DNA of 33,482 nucleotides from Octopus bimaculoides (GCF_001194135.2 NC_068985.1:27449601-27483082), one strand, 5' to 3'. Counted from the stretch's first letter, positions 22,481-31,597 are shown. The notes: generated by a model from the letters alone, not told the origin. Program-made: numbers and translations.

Positions 22481-22985
22481 ATAACACTGACATCTCATTT
22501 TAAAATATCTTGAAATATTAAAGAGTAAATTTATTCAATAAAATCGCCATTGGCTTCAGCCACGGCCTCCAGACGACTTCGGAATCTCCTGCAACTCTTT
22601 TGGACAGTCTCTTTGTTCAAGTTGATGAATGTTGACATAATCCTTGCCTTCAGTTCATCTTTAGTATTGCAAAGAATTTTGTTGGTCTCTCGCTCAACTG
22701 CGTCCCTCATATAATAATCAAAGGTGTTGCAGTGTGAAGAGTTAGGTGGTCAAATTCTTAGGGGTAATGTGGTTGCAGAAATTGTCTGACAGACATGACT
22801 GGGTTTTCCTGCTTGTGTGGCATGATGCAGAGTTCTTTTGTCAAACATAGGGACCTCCAGCAGTCACCATCTTGACCCAGAGCAGCACTACCTCCTCCAG
22901 GAACTTGATGTAAGTCACCGTGTTGAGGGTGAGGCCGTGTGGGAAGATGATTGGAGGAACAACGTCGCCATCACTAGTAACCATG
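22481..22985 (-). mobile_element. Tc1/mariner superfamily transposase relic, DD37D (maT/Bmmar1-type) spacing
   Basis: Minus-strand translation: VTSDGDVVPPIIFPHGLTLNTVTYIKFLEEVVLLWVKMVTAGGPYV*QKNSASCH...I*PPNSSHCNTFDYYMRDAVERETN...RRFRSRLEAVAEANGDFIE*. There are 37 residues between the second catalytic position (mutated D>N) and the third D, after allowing one frameshift. Confidence 0.85.
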
Positions 22986-24182
22986 TTGTTTATCACTCTC
23001 GGTACATGTCGTCAGATTGACACCCAAACACTATAGGAACTTCCGGCGCGAATGCCAAGCAGTACAGCATGTCGTTTTCAAATTTCTGGCAGTGTGAATT
23101 ACATAATGCTGCTGTTTTTTCCCACCCCACTATATTGCGTAGTAGACAAAATCAAAAACAACCAATGTGCTTGCGCGAAATTAGAGAATATAAAATGCCG
23201 ACAGTTTCCCCATCACNNNNNNNNNNNNNNNNNNNNNNNNNNNNNNNNNNNNNNNNNNNNNNNNNNNNNNNNNNNNNNNNNNNNNNNNNNNNNNNNNNNN
23301 NNNNNNNNNNNNNNNNNNNNNNNNNNNNNNNNNNNNNNNNNNNNNNNNNNNNNNNNNNNNNNNNNNNNNNNNNNNNNNNNNNNNNNNNNNNNNNNNNNNN
23401 NNNNNNNNNNNNNNNNNNNNNNNNNNNNNNNNNNNNNNNNNNNNNNNNNNNNNNNNNNNNNNNNNNNNNNNNNNNNNNNNNNNNNNNNNNNNNNNNNNNN
23501 NNNNNNNNNNNNNNNNNNNNNNNNNNNNNNNNNNNNNNNNNNNNNNNNNNNNNNNNNNNNNNNNNNNNNNNNNNNNNNNNNNNNNNNNNNNNNNNNNNNN
23601 NNNNNNNNNNNNNNNNNNNNNNNNNNNNNNNNNNNNNNNNNNNNNNNNNNNNNNNNNNNNNNNNNACACACACACACACATATATAGACGCGCGCGCGGG
23701 CACATACGTATGTATATACGTATCCGCTGATTTATGTACGCAGACATGCATAGAGACAAATGTCGCTTTTTAAATGAATTTGTAATGTTTTTTTTGACCG
23801 ACCACCTGCCTGTGGAAAGAAACAAAAAATTAACATATGAAGAAAAGCATCGCTTTGCGCTTTTGAGCGTCTTCCTCGAACAAGTCACTCTTTAAATTTT
23901 GCTGATTGTTGTTGTTCCATATATGGCCATATTTTTTGTCAAGAAGCAAATTTCAACCATCATCTGATATAGGCAATTAATTATCTATTGCTTCAATGAT
24001 GTTTCTGTAAAAAGCTGAAATACGTATTCAAAAATTTAGGGATGTTAGCTCCAAATCTTTGATACAAAAATGACAAGTTTTACGCATGCATAGGCTCTTT
24101 CCATTCACAGACAGACACACAGACACACACACACACACACACACAATCAAATAAACATACATGAGTTATATATTGTTTATTT

Positions 24183-24585
24183 TGTTATACGAAGCTCGCT
24201 TTGCAACTTCGAAGTTTTGGGTTCAGTCCTAATGTGCTGCAATTTGGGCAAGTAGTTAAAGCGCCGGGCAATGGCTCCAAGGCGACCAATGCCTTGTGAG
24301 TGAATTTGGTAAATGGAAACTGAAAAGAAGCTCGTCGTATATGCACGCGCATGTGTAACGTTGTGTCTTCATTTGTCCATTCCATACCGCTTCATAACAG
24401 GTGGTGGTTTGTTTACGTTCTTGTAACTTAGTGGTTATGCTAAAGAGAGCGATAGAATATATGGCAGACTTTACAAATAGCAAATACTAAGGTTGATCTA
24501 TTCGACTGAAACCCTTCAAGGCTGTACTCTAGTATATCTGTACTTACATGACTGAAATAATTAAACAACAGATGATAAAAGATAT
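24183..24585 (+). mobile_element. Old, diverged type A SINE
   Basis: GGGTTCAGTCC..TTTGGGCAAGT..CCTTGTGAGTGAATTTGGTA..GGAAACTGAAAAGAAGCTCGTCG..GATAGAATA..TTCGACTGAAACCCTTCAAGG is colinear with 10243-10850. Confidence 0.8.
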
Positions 24586-24589
24586 GTAG

Positions 24590-24623
<34 letters not shown>

Positions 24624-25200
24624 GCTCACACTTGCAAGCACATATATGAATAAATACAAACACACACACATATACGTATATGTGTGTGTGTAATGTTCAG
24701 TTTTTAATATATGCGTGTCTCATCAACGTTGTTCCACAATACAGATGATAAGGGGCCATCGAATTTAAAACCAGAGTGTCAGGTAACGTGTATTTATGCG
24801 CATATGAATATAAGTATAAATATATGTTAACATCTGCGTATATATATTCATTCATATATTCAATATATTCATTGCGTAAATGTTTCTAAAACTATTATAA
24901 TCCCTACTACGTTTCTCACCAGAAGTTTCTTTTTACTGTTTAACCAGAGAAAGAATGAAGCACGCAAGACCATTTTCAGGGCTTTCAAGGCTGGTATTAC
25001 AAAGAAAGAACTGTAATTCATAGGTTGATATAGACTGTACAACTGGTTACAATACTGACAACCGAGCGAACTCCGTTATGGGTCTCCATGGGTCTCCATG
25101 CACGGTCTCCATGACCGTGTGCTGGTTCTAAACTGATGAATAATACAGAATAGGTACAGTAACCATGATGTATCATATACCACCTGACCCTCTCGCTTAC

Positions 25201-25271
25201 ATTTTCTCTCTTCAAAATTTCATTCACAAAGCTCTGGTCGCCCCAAAACTGTAGTAAAGGAAGCTGCCGTT
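25201..25271 (-). CDS. Candidate 71-nt coding exon of an unidentified gene (..RQLPLLQFWGDQSFVNEILKREN)
   Basis: Acceptor TTTTGATCTTACAG| and donor AAT|GTAAGC. Only one frame is open, and it lies within the 127-aa ORF 25018-25401. No homology recognised. Confidence 0.3.
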
Positions 25272-25417
25272 CTGTAAGATCAAAATCGACCTCACAGAAT
25301 GTTGCAAGGGAAGATCTTGGTAGTAAAGCAAAATTCTTAAACATACAATCATACCTGCACTCCTCGGAATGTTTCTTTAGGAAGTTTCTTCCTCGAAGCA
25401 TCCCAGTTCAGTCATAC

Positions 25418-25501
25418 TTTGTTCCAAACAAGCGGATGTATAGTCTCTGGTTCCAGTAATGGTAGTGGTATAAACTCCAAATAATAAAAGAGCTGATAGT
25501 C
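25418..25501 (-). CDS. Candidate 84-nt coding exon of an unidentified gene
   Basis: Acceptor GATGTTTTGCAG| and donor AAA|GTATGA. All three frames are open; the phase-1 frame (GLSALLLFGVYTTTITGTRDYTSACLEQ) splices in frame to 25201-25271. Confidence 0.3.
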
Positions 25502-26211
25502 CTGCAAAACATCAGTAGACTATTACACCAAAATGGCAGACATTCCTGCTACAGAGGCACCAGTATATCACATTAGAAGTGGAAGCTTTTCATTATTCTG
25601 ACCTTCACATTGCTGATTATTTAAAAGATGTTATTTAACGCAGAATACGCACATGTTTGTTTGTTTGTTTACACAACACAATGAACATTGTAGTTCTTAA
25701 ATCTAACGGGAGAAAACCAGTGTGTAGGTTGGTGTAATCGGTTAGCACACTTAACGCGGATATAAGGGGTCTTCGTTTCCAACACGTACTAATACACACG
25801 TCTTTTTGTCTGTTAAAGGCTTATATACCCCAATATTAGACTACTTTCTTTAGTCAATATACTGTGAACGCTTAATTTTTTTCACCACAATAGACGTCAG
25901 TGATTGGTTGAAATTACCGAAATACGATAATTTTAACACGAAATAACTTTAAAAAGATAAAATTTTCTCAATAACACTAAGAGTAAAAGATGTTTTATAT
26001 GACACATTCTACCAGTGTCCCAAGTTTGAAAGTGTTTCGTTAAGAAAACAAGTGGCTCCCGCCAAATCAGAAAGATCCCTATATTATACTGATAAGGCCT
26101 AAAAAACCGAAACATCAAATCATATCAAATTTATTAGCAGAAGAGCACAATGTGCTTAAGCCATGTAAAAAAAAAACAACAACAAAAAAGCGGTTATTGT
26201 TATCTACAATT

Positions 26212-26575
26212 TTATACATAGTCGCCACAGTTGTCCAGAGCCTCTTTGAACAGGGGAGTGGTGGGCAGTTGAATGACATCTTGTGGTAGCTTATTCCATG
26301 GGGCTGTAATACCTGATGGAGTATGCGGCCTTCCACCTGTTGAGTCGAAAGTGTCGGGGATAGAGTTTGCAATTATGCCCACAAAGACCCCTATTCGGCG
26401 CAGGGGTGAAAAACTCCGCAAATGGTAGGTTTACATTTCTGTTGAAGATGATGAAAGCCAGGATGAGATCTCCCCGCATCCTCCGTCGGTCGAATGAAGG
26501 TAACGCCAGCCGTTGGAAACGTTCCTCATACGTAAGCTTAGACAAGCCCGCGACCGTTCGGGTGGCCAGCAAGTG
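26212..26575 (-). mobile_element. CR1-clade LINE 3'-terminal fragment (second family), one frameshift
   Basis: ATRTVAGLSKLTYEERFQRLALPSFDRRRMRGDLILAFIIF...FFTPAPNRGLCGHNCKL..RHFRLNRWKAAYSIR / PWNKLPQDVIQLPTTPLFKEALD. These are the classic CR1 YEERLxxL, RRRxRGDLI, LRGH, WNxLP and FKxxLD motifs. Confidence 0.9.
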
Positions 26576-26607
26576 ACGGAAACAAGTAAAAGAATATAAT
26601 GAACAAA

Positions 26608-27016
26608 TTACTCTTTTACTCTTTTACTTGTTCCAATCATTTGACTGTGGCCATGCTGGAGCACCACCTTTTAGTCGAGCTAATCGACCCCAGGACATAT
26701 TCTTTGTAAGCCTAGTACTTATTCTATCGTTCTCTTTTGCCGAACCGCTAAGTTACGGGGACGTAAACACACCAGCATCGGTTGTCAAGCGATGTTGGGG
26801 GAACAAACACAGACACACAAACGTATACACACTCATATATATATATATATATATATATATACGACGGGCTTCTTTCAGTTTCCGTCTACCAAATCCACTT
26901 ACAAGGCTTTGGTCGGCCCGAGGCTATAGTAGAAGACACTTGCCCAAGGTGCCACGCAGTGGGACTGAACCCGGAACCTTGTGGTTTGTAAGCAAGCTAC
27001 TTACCACACAGACACT
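26608..27016 (-). mobile_element. tRNA-derived SINE type A
   Basis: Near-identical to 2419-2810, and the reverse complement of 10243-10850; internal (TA)n; tail TCTTTTAC repeats. Confidence 0.9.
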
Positions 27017-27521
27017 AGTTTTCTTCATCAACCTCATCATGTTGATAATTTTTTTTTCACAATTGCTCCACAAATATAAATGTCTAACTTTGTAAAGTTG
27101 TCCAGACAATCAAGAACAAAAAAAGGAAGAAAAAATCCTAAGAGAATGAATATGTGTGAGTGTGTTTTTGTGTCCTTGCCATGATATTATGTGATAAGTT
27201 GTAAATGAATGCCAGTGTCATATAAGCAATGTCATACATTTCCAATCTTCTGCAATTTAAGAAAAAAAAAAAAAGAATTAAAAAAAACGGCATAGTTGTC
27301 CTTTACTTGCAAACAGCGACGAAACTTTGCACTGACTTTGAGGTAATAAATCTTAATATTTTTAGATAGGAAATTTGTTTTTGTTCTTCAAATAAAAGGC
27401 AAATTTCAATTAAGAATATTTTTATGGACGGTATCCATTACATCACCCGTTGTCTTAATTATTTGAATTTACGTCACTGGCCTACTTGAGATAATTCCTT
27501 TAGTTCATTATATAATATTTC

Positions 27522-27755
27522 ACATTATTTACATTATTTACATTTGACGGATATTTGTCCTCATTTTATTTATTGTTAGGAATGACAAACCAGGTTCGAA
27601 ATTTCCTCAAGACACCTGATGAAGACTGGAAGGTGTATCAGCCGAAACGTTGTGTTAGCAACAAATAAGATGAGGACAAATATCCGTCGAATGTAAATAA
27701 TGTAAATGATGTACATAATATAATTCCTCATCGCTTAAATATAGAACTGTATAAT
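27522..27755 (+). mobile_element. Hammerhead-containing non-autonomous element, 5'-truncated, with inverted 3' arm (27522-27577)
   Basis: The direct arm 27576-27755 is homologous to 28228-28363, and the inverted arm is the reverse complement of its tail. Candidate TSD TATAAT(A/T)TTTCAC at 27511-27523 and 27750-27762 (12/13 match). Confidence 0.8.
27611..27656 (+). ncRNA. Minimal type I hammerhead ribozyme (family 1), intact core
   Basis: Helix I GACAC (27611-15) / GTGTT (27652-56); CTGATGA (27616-22) plus extra A; helix II GACTG/CAGCC (1 mismatch); GAAA (27644-47); palindromic AACGTT helix III; GUU cleavage triplet. Confidence 0.75.
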
Positions 27756-28024
27756 TTTTCACTTACGCAAATTACTTTGGCCAAAACTGTTCGTAATGCA
27801 TTTTTTTAATGCTTATCTGCAAATTTTTTTTTATCAAATCAAAGATAAGTTCGCTTATATTATGCTGATGAGGTAATTCTTGGCCTGCAAACAAATTCCT
27901 TCTCCACAACATGTAAATTAACTTTGAGAGATTATACAATTCTATATTTAAGAGATGAGGAATTCTGTACATTATTTACATTATTTACATTCGACGGATA
28001 TTTGTCCTCATCTTGTTTGTTGTT

Positions 28025-28068
28025 AACACAACGTTTCGGCTGATATACCCTCCAGCCTTCTTCAGGTG
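28025..28068 (-). ncRNA. Minimal hammerhead ribozyme (family 1), inverted copy
   Basis: The reverse complement is CAC-CTGAAGA-A-GGCTG-gagggtatat-CAGCC-GAAA-CGTT-GTGTT. Core and helix II are perfect; helix I is cut to 3 bp by the junction with the tRNA head. Confidence 0.75.
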
Positions 28069-28141
28069 GGCATATGGCGTAGTGGTTAAGAGCGCGGGCT
28101 ACTAACCCCAAGATTCCGAGTTCAATTCCAAGCAGTGACCT
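28069..28141 (+). promoter_or_regulatory. tRNA(Thr)-like SINE head with Pol III A and B boxes
   Basis: A box TGGCGTAGTGG at 28075-28085 and B box GTTCAATTCC at 28120-28129. It is colinear with metazoan tRNA-Thr (…GGTTAA.AGCGC…CTAGTAA…GAGATCC.GGGTTCGAATCCCAGC.GTG.CCT). The acceptor stem does not pair well, so it is not called a functional tRNA. Confidence 0.75.
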
Positions 28142-28144
28142 GAA

Positions 28145-28194
<50 letters not shown>

Positions 28195-28262
28195 ATAATA
28201 ATAATAATAATAACATCGAAAAATACCTTAGGAATGAGAACCCAGGTTCGAAATTTTCCCAA

Positions 28263-28308
28263 GACACTTGAAGAAGGCTGGAGGGTCTCTCAGCCGAAAC
28301 GTTGTGTT
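28263..28308 (+). ncRNA. Hammerhead ribozyme (family 1), direct copy with C3>U core mutation
   Basis: GACAC-TTGAAGA-A-GGCTG-gagggtctct-CAGCC-GAAA-CGTT-GTGTT. Confidence 0.65.
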
Positions 28309-28740
28309 GACAACAAACAAGATGAGGACAAATATCCGTCGAATGTAAATAATGTAAATAATGCTTGAGAGATTACTTTATAATTTTTGAATATATATTC
28401 TCCTTTTATTCGAAAGTCATTAAGAATTACTGCTAAGGTTTTTCTGTTCTTTCTCGTACTCTGGAATTATAATTATTTAGGAATTTCAATTTTTTCTTTG
28501 CGTACTGTTCAATATATCACCTGATTTGAATATTCACCAGATTCGTCACATATGTCTCGTCGTCTGCTGAGCAAATAAACAACGACAAGTTGAAAGTGAA
28601 AGGTTAAGCGTACTTTTGTTTCAATTGCGTTATCTGAAACGTCTTCCTCTTCTCTTTGGGGCTTAAAACTAACTATACACTCACTACACGCTTGCCATCG
28701 TCTTCAAAAAGTCATATGATTACACCGAAGATGTACAACG

Positions 28741-28742
<2 letters not shown>

Positions 28743-28820
<78 letters not shown>
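28743..28820. repeat. (TAA)n microsatellite
   Basis: Direct inspection. Confidence 0.95.
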
Positions 28821-28821
<1 letters not shown>

Positions 28822-28931
28822 TGGTATCCTAGGCATAACACCTACATGACCTTCTAACTTGTTGTCTCTTGAGGTCTCTGGGTGAGACTTGGATCCAACT
28901 TGTACAAATGCAAAGCAAAAGTCAAACATAA

Positions 28932-28932
<1 letters not shown>
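28821..28932 (+). mobile_element. Probable extreme 3' end of a TAA-targeting (Dong/R4-type) retrotransposon
   Basis: A 112-bp unique block sits between two (TAA)n arrays (28743-28820 and 28931-28962) with no coding remnant. The assignment is by context and by recall of similar 3' UTRs. Confidence 0.5.
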
Positions 28933-28960
<28 letters not shown>

Positions 28961-28965
<5 letters not shown>

Positions 28966-29059
28966 TTCTTTAATTTGCAACCAGGACGAGGAAAGAGTAA
29001 AAAGATAAATGATGATGATGATGAGGAGGAGGATGGTGATAATAATAATAATAATAATG

Positions 29060-29117
<58 letters not shown>

Positions 29118-29206
29118 NNNNNNNNNNATAAATTTCTTTAATTTGCAACCAGGGTGACGAAAGAGTAAAATGATAAATGATGATGATGATGATGAGGGGG
29201 ATGGTG

Positions 29207-29261
<55 letters not shown>

Positions 29262-29330
29262 TAACAATGACGACGACGACAACGAGGATGATGACGACGA
29301 CGAAAATAATTATGATGATGATGATGATGA
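28961..29330. repeat. Two related units (TAAATTTCTTTAATTTGCAACCAGG...(GAT)n...(AAT)n) either side of a 10-N gap, followed by GAT/GAC low complexity
   Basis: 28961-29117 and 29128-about 29260 are colinear, with several substitutions. Confidence 0.75.
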
Positions 29331-30027
29331 TATGAAGAAAGAAAAGAGAAATTAGAGCCAATTGTCCCAGAGCTTGCTATCTTACTATGTGTTTTCTATG
29401 TGATATGCAAATGTTGAAGACGACAACTTTAAAGAATGTTAAAAAAAAAAAAATAACAATGGCAAGAAAAAGAAAAAAAGAAAGTAAGCATAGAGTAACG
29501 AAAAGACGATGATGACGATGACGACGACGAAGACAACGAAGATGGCGACGAGGAACGCACACCAGATGAACCACGGAAGCTAAAAAGCTGAACAGACTCG
29601 AGATGAGAGTAGGCTTTGACAAGCAAGAACTGTAGACATACAAAATAGATACGTCTCACTATGGTGACTGTGGCCGATATTCTATGTTCAGCACAGGTTC
29701 TTATAACAATACTTCGCTCTTGCATTCACTGGTATACGTTTATTCATTCGTCTACGCAGGCATATACATGTGTCTATGACTGTGTGTGTCTGTGTGCGTG
29801 TGAGCGTCTCTCTCTGTATGAATGTGTGAGCGTGTATGCATGTGTATGTGTATGGGTATATATATATATTATATGAGTACATATGGCTACTTTCACAGTC
29901 TTATTATATATATNNNNNNNNNNATATACGCACATACATACACACACGCATGTACCTATATATATATGTATATTTATTTATATATGTATTTATATCTCTC
30001 TCTATATGCATATATATATACGTATAT

Positions 30028-30079
<52 letters not shown>

Positions 30080-30249
30080 GTATAACATATATAACATAGC
30101 ATAATATATTTATAAATAAAATAAAATATATACATTTATACGATATATTTAACGAGACATATACAAATACTATACACATATTATATATATATATGTGAAT
30201 ATATATGAGTGTATTCATATATATCATAGGAAATATTACATATTATATA

Positions 30250-30298
<49 letters not shown>

Positions 30299-30659
30299 CG
30301 TATATATACAATGATAGGCAGGCATAAATACACTCACACTTTCTTACATCTATACATACACATTCGCATAAACACACACATACTTGGCTTTATCTTCGAC
30401 CCAAAATATTAGACCCCTTTCCGTATTTTCCTTAACGGGAATACATACGTGTTCTACTGTACACCCATCAATTATACCTTCTCGAGAATTTGCCCCATAT
30501 ATATTAAGCCTTTTTAACATGACAGTTGAACCTTTCTATTTTGAAGTTGATTTCCGCCCCCCCCCCAAAAAAAAAACAAAAACAAAAAAAAACAGAAATA
30601 GGAGAAAAATGTGATATTGCAAACTATTGTATAATCGCGAAAATATTTCGCTTAAATAG

Positions 30660-30780
30660 GGGCAGGCATCACTGTGTGATAAGAAGCTTTCTTCCCAATC
30701 ATATAATTCAGGGTTCAGTCTCACTGCGTGGCACCTTGGGCAGGTGTCTTCTACTATAGTCGCGGGCCGACCAAAGCCTC
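30660..30780 (+). mobile_element. 5' half of type A SINE
   Basis: GGGTTCAGTCTCACTGCGTGGCACCTTGGGCAGGTGTCTTCTACTATAG..GGGCCGACCAAAGCC matches 10285-10355. Confidence 0.8.
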
Positions 30781-31000
30781 TTTCCTCAGGTTACCAGTCT
30801 AACACTTGGAGTGTAATCGATCCAACCCCTTTTCCCTTCCCGAGTTTCTTGATTGATCGAAGTCTCGTTTGTTCTATCTCACAGACTTCTGTCTGAAAGT
30901 TTGTTCGGCCACCAAATCTTGAGGATGTTGCAGACATTTGTTGACGAAGGTCTGAAGCTTACACTTTATGGCTTTGGTGACCCTCCAAGATTCTGACGTT
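30781..31000 (-). mobile_element. RTE-clade LINE ORF C-terminal relic
   Basis: Minus-strand translation: SESWRVTKAIKCKLQTFVNKCL/ILKIWWPNKLSD.SL*DRT...GWIDYT...LDW*P. This matches the RTE YGSETW...KLQ.F.N.CLR.IL.I.WP..ISN..L...W.GH..R...W.P motif series. Confidence 0.8.
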
Positions 31001-31085
31001 GGAATTGCAGATGTGGAGCGATAAAATAAAGCAAGGAGGAAATAAAGGGGTAAATTTAATCGACATTTTCTATCCTTGTACTAGT

Positions 31086-31295
31086 AGAGGCACGTGGATT
31101 AGTGGTTAGGGTGCTGGACTCATGATGCGTTGTGTTCTTGAGCAAAGCACTTCACTTCACTTTGCTCCAGTCTACTCAACTGGCAAAAATGAGTAATCCT
31201 GCGATGGACCGCGTCTCGTCCAGGTGGGGAATTTATACGCCATGAAAACCGGGAAACCAGCCCTTATGAGTCGGTAGGACTCGAGAAAGTAACCC
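31086..31295 (+). mobile_element. Type D (Meta/V-like) SINE with B box deleted
   Basis: It has an A-box-like TGGATTAGTGG, then jumps from CATGAT straight to GCGTTGTGTTC, so about 36 nt including the B box are missing relative to 19591-19849. The central GCGATGGACC..GTCCAG..GAAAACCGGG block is present. Confidence 0.8.
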
Positions 31296-31474
31296 ATCCT
31301 TGCACTCACCAAAATGTGTGACCGTATGTTAACATTGAATATATCAGATAACCGATGGTGATGAGTGACAGAAATGATAAGGTGATAGCTTCATGCACTT
31401 CGCAATGTGTCCACTTACATTCTGAGATGAAAATTTATACGCCCGAACACGTGCACACACAAGCACACATAAAG

Positions 31475-31475
<1 letters not shown>

Positions 31476-31541
<66 letters not shown>

Positions 31542-31559
31542 CACACACACACGCACACA

Positions 31560-31597
<38 letters not shown>

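Larger units (their letters stand above)
27931..28364 (+). mobile_element. Composite element: inverted hammerhead arm + tRNA head + (CTA)n(TAA)n + direct hammerhead arm
   Basis: An 11-bp direct repeat TTGAGAGATTA at 27924-27934 and 28365-28375 brackets the whole unit. Arms 27970-28068 and 28265-28363 are reverse complements at 95/99. Confidence 0.8.

Noticed and set aside
25727-25790. tRNA-like A box TGGTGTAATCGGTTAGCAC
   Set aside because: No convincing B box or cloverleaf follows.
25860-26090. Possible MITE fragment ending in CCCTATA
   Set aside because: No matching second TIR and no second copy in the window, so it cannot be supported from the sequence.
26628-27095. 155-aa ORF and its near-copies at 2447-2782 and 10234-10452
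   Set aside because: Antisense reading of the type A SINE; the recurrence reflects SINE copy number, not a protein family.
27165-27330. Possible alternative SINE tail remnant
   Set aside because: The similarity is only from memory, there is no second copy in the window, and it is interrupted by A-runs.
28069-28141. Functional tRNA gene
   Set aside because: The acceptor stem does not pair and the anticodon loop is altered. It lies inside a TSD-flanked repeat, so it is treated as a SINE head.
27522-28363. CRISPR-like or satellite array
   Set aside because: The repeats are long, of mixed orientation and individually TSD-flanked, and the context is eukaryotic.
28720-29361. Poly-I/poly-Y/poly-N/poly-D ORFs, and the HT/VC/YI repeat ORFs throughout the window
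   Set aside because: These are translations of tri-, di- and tetranucleotide microsatellites.
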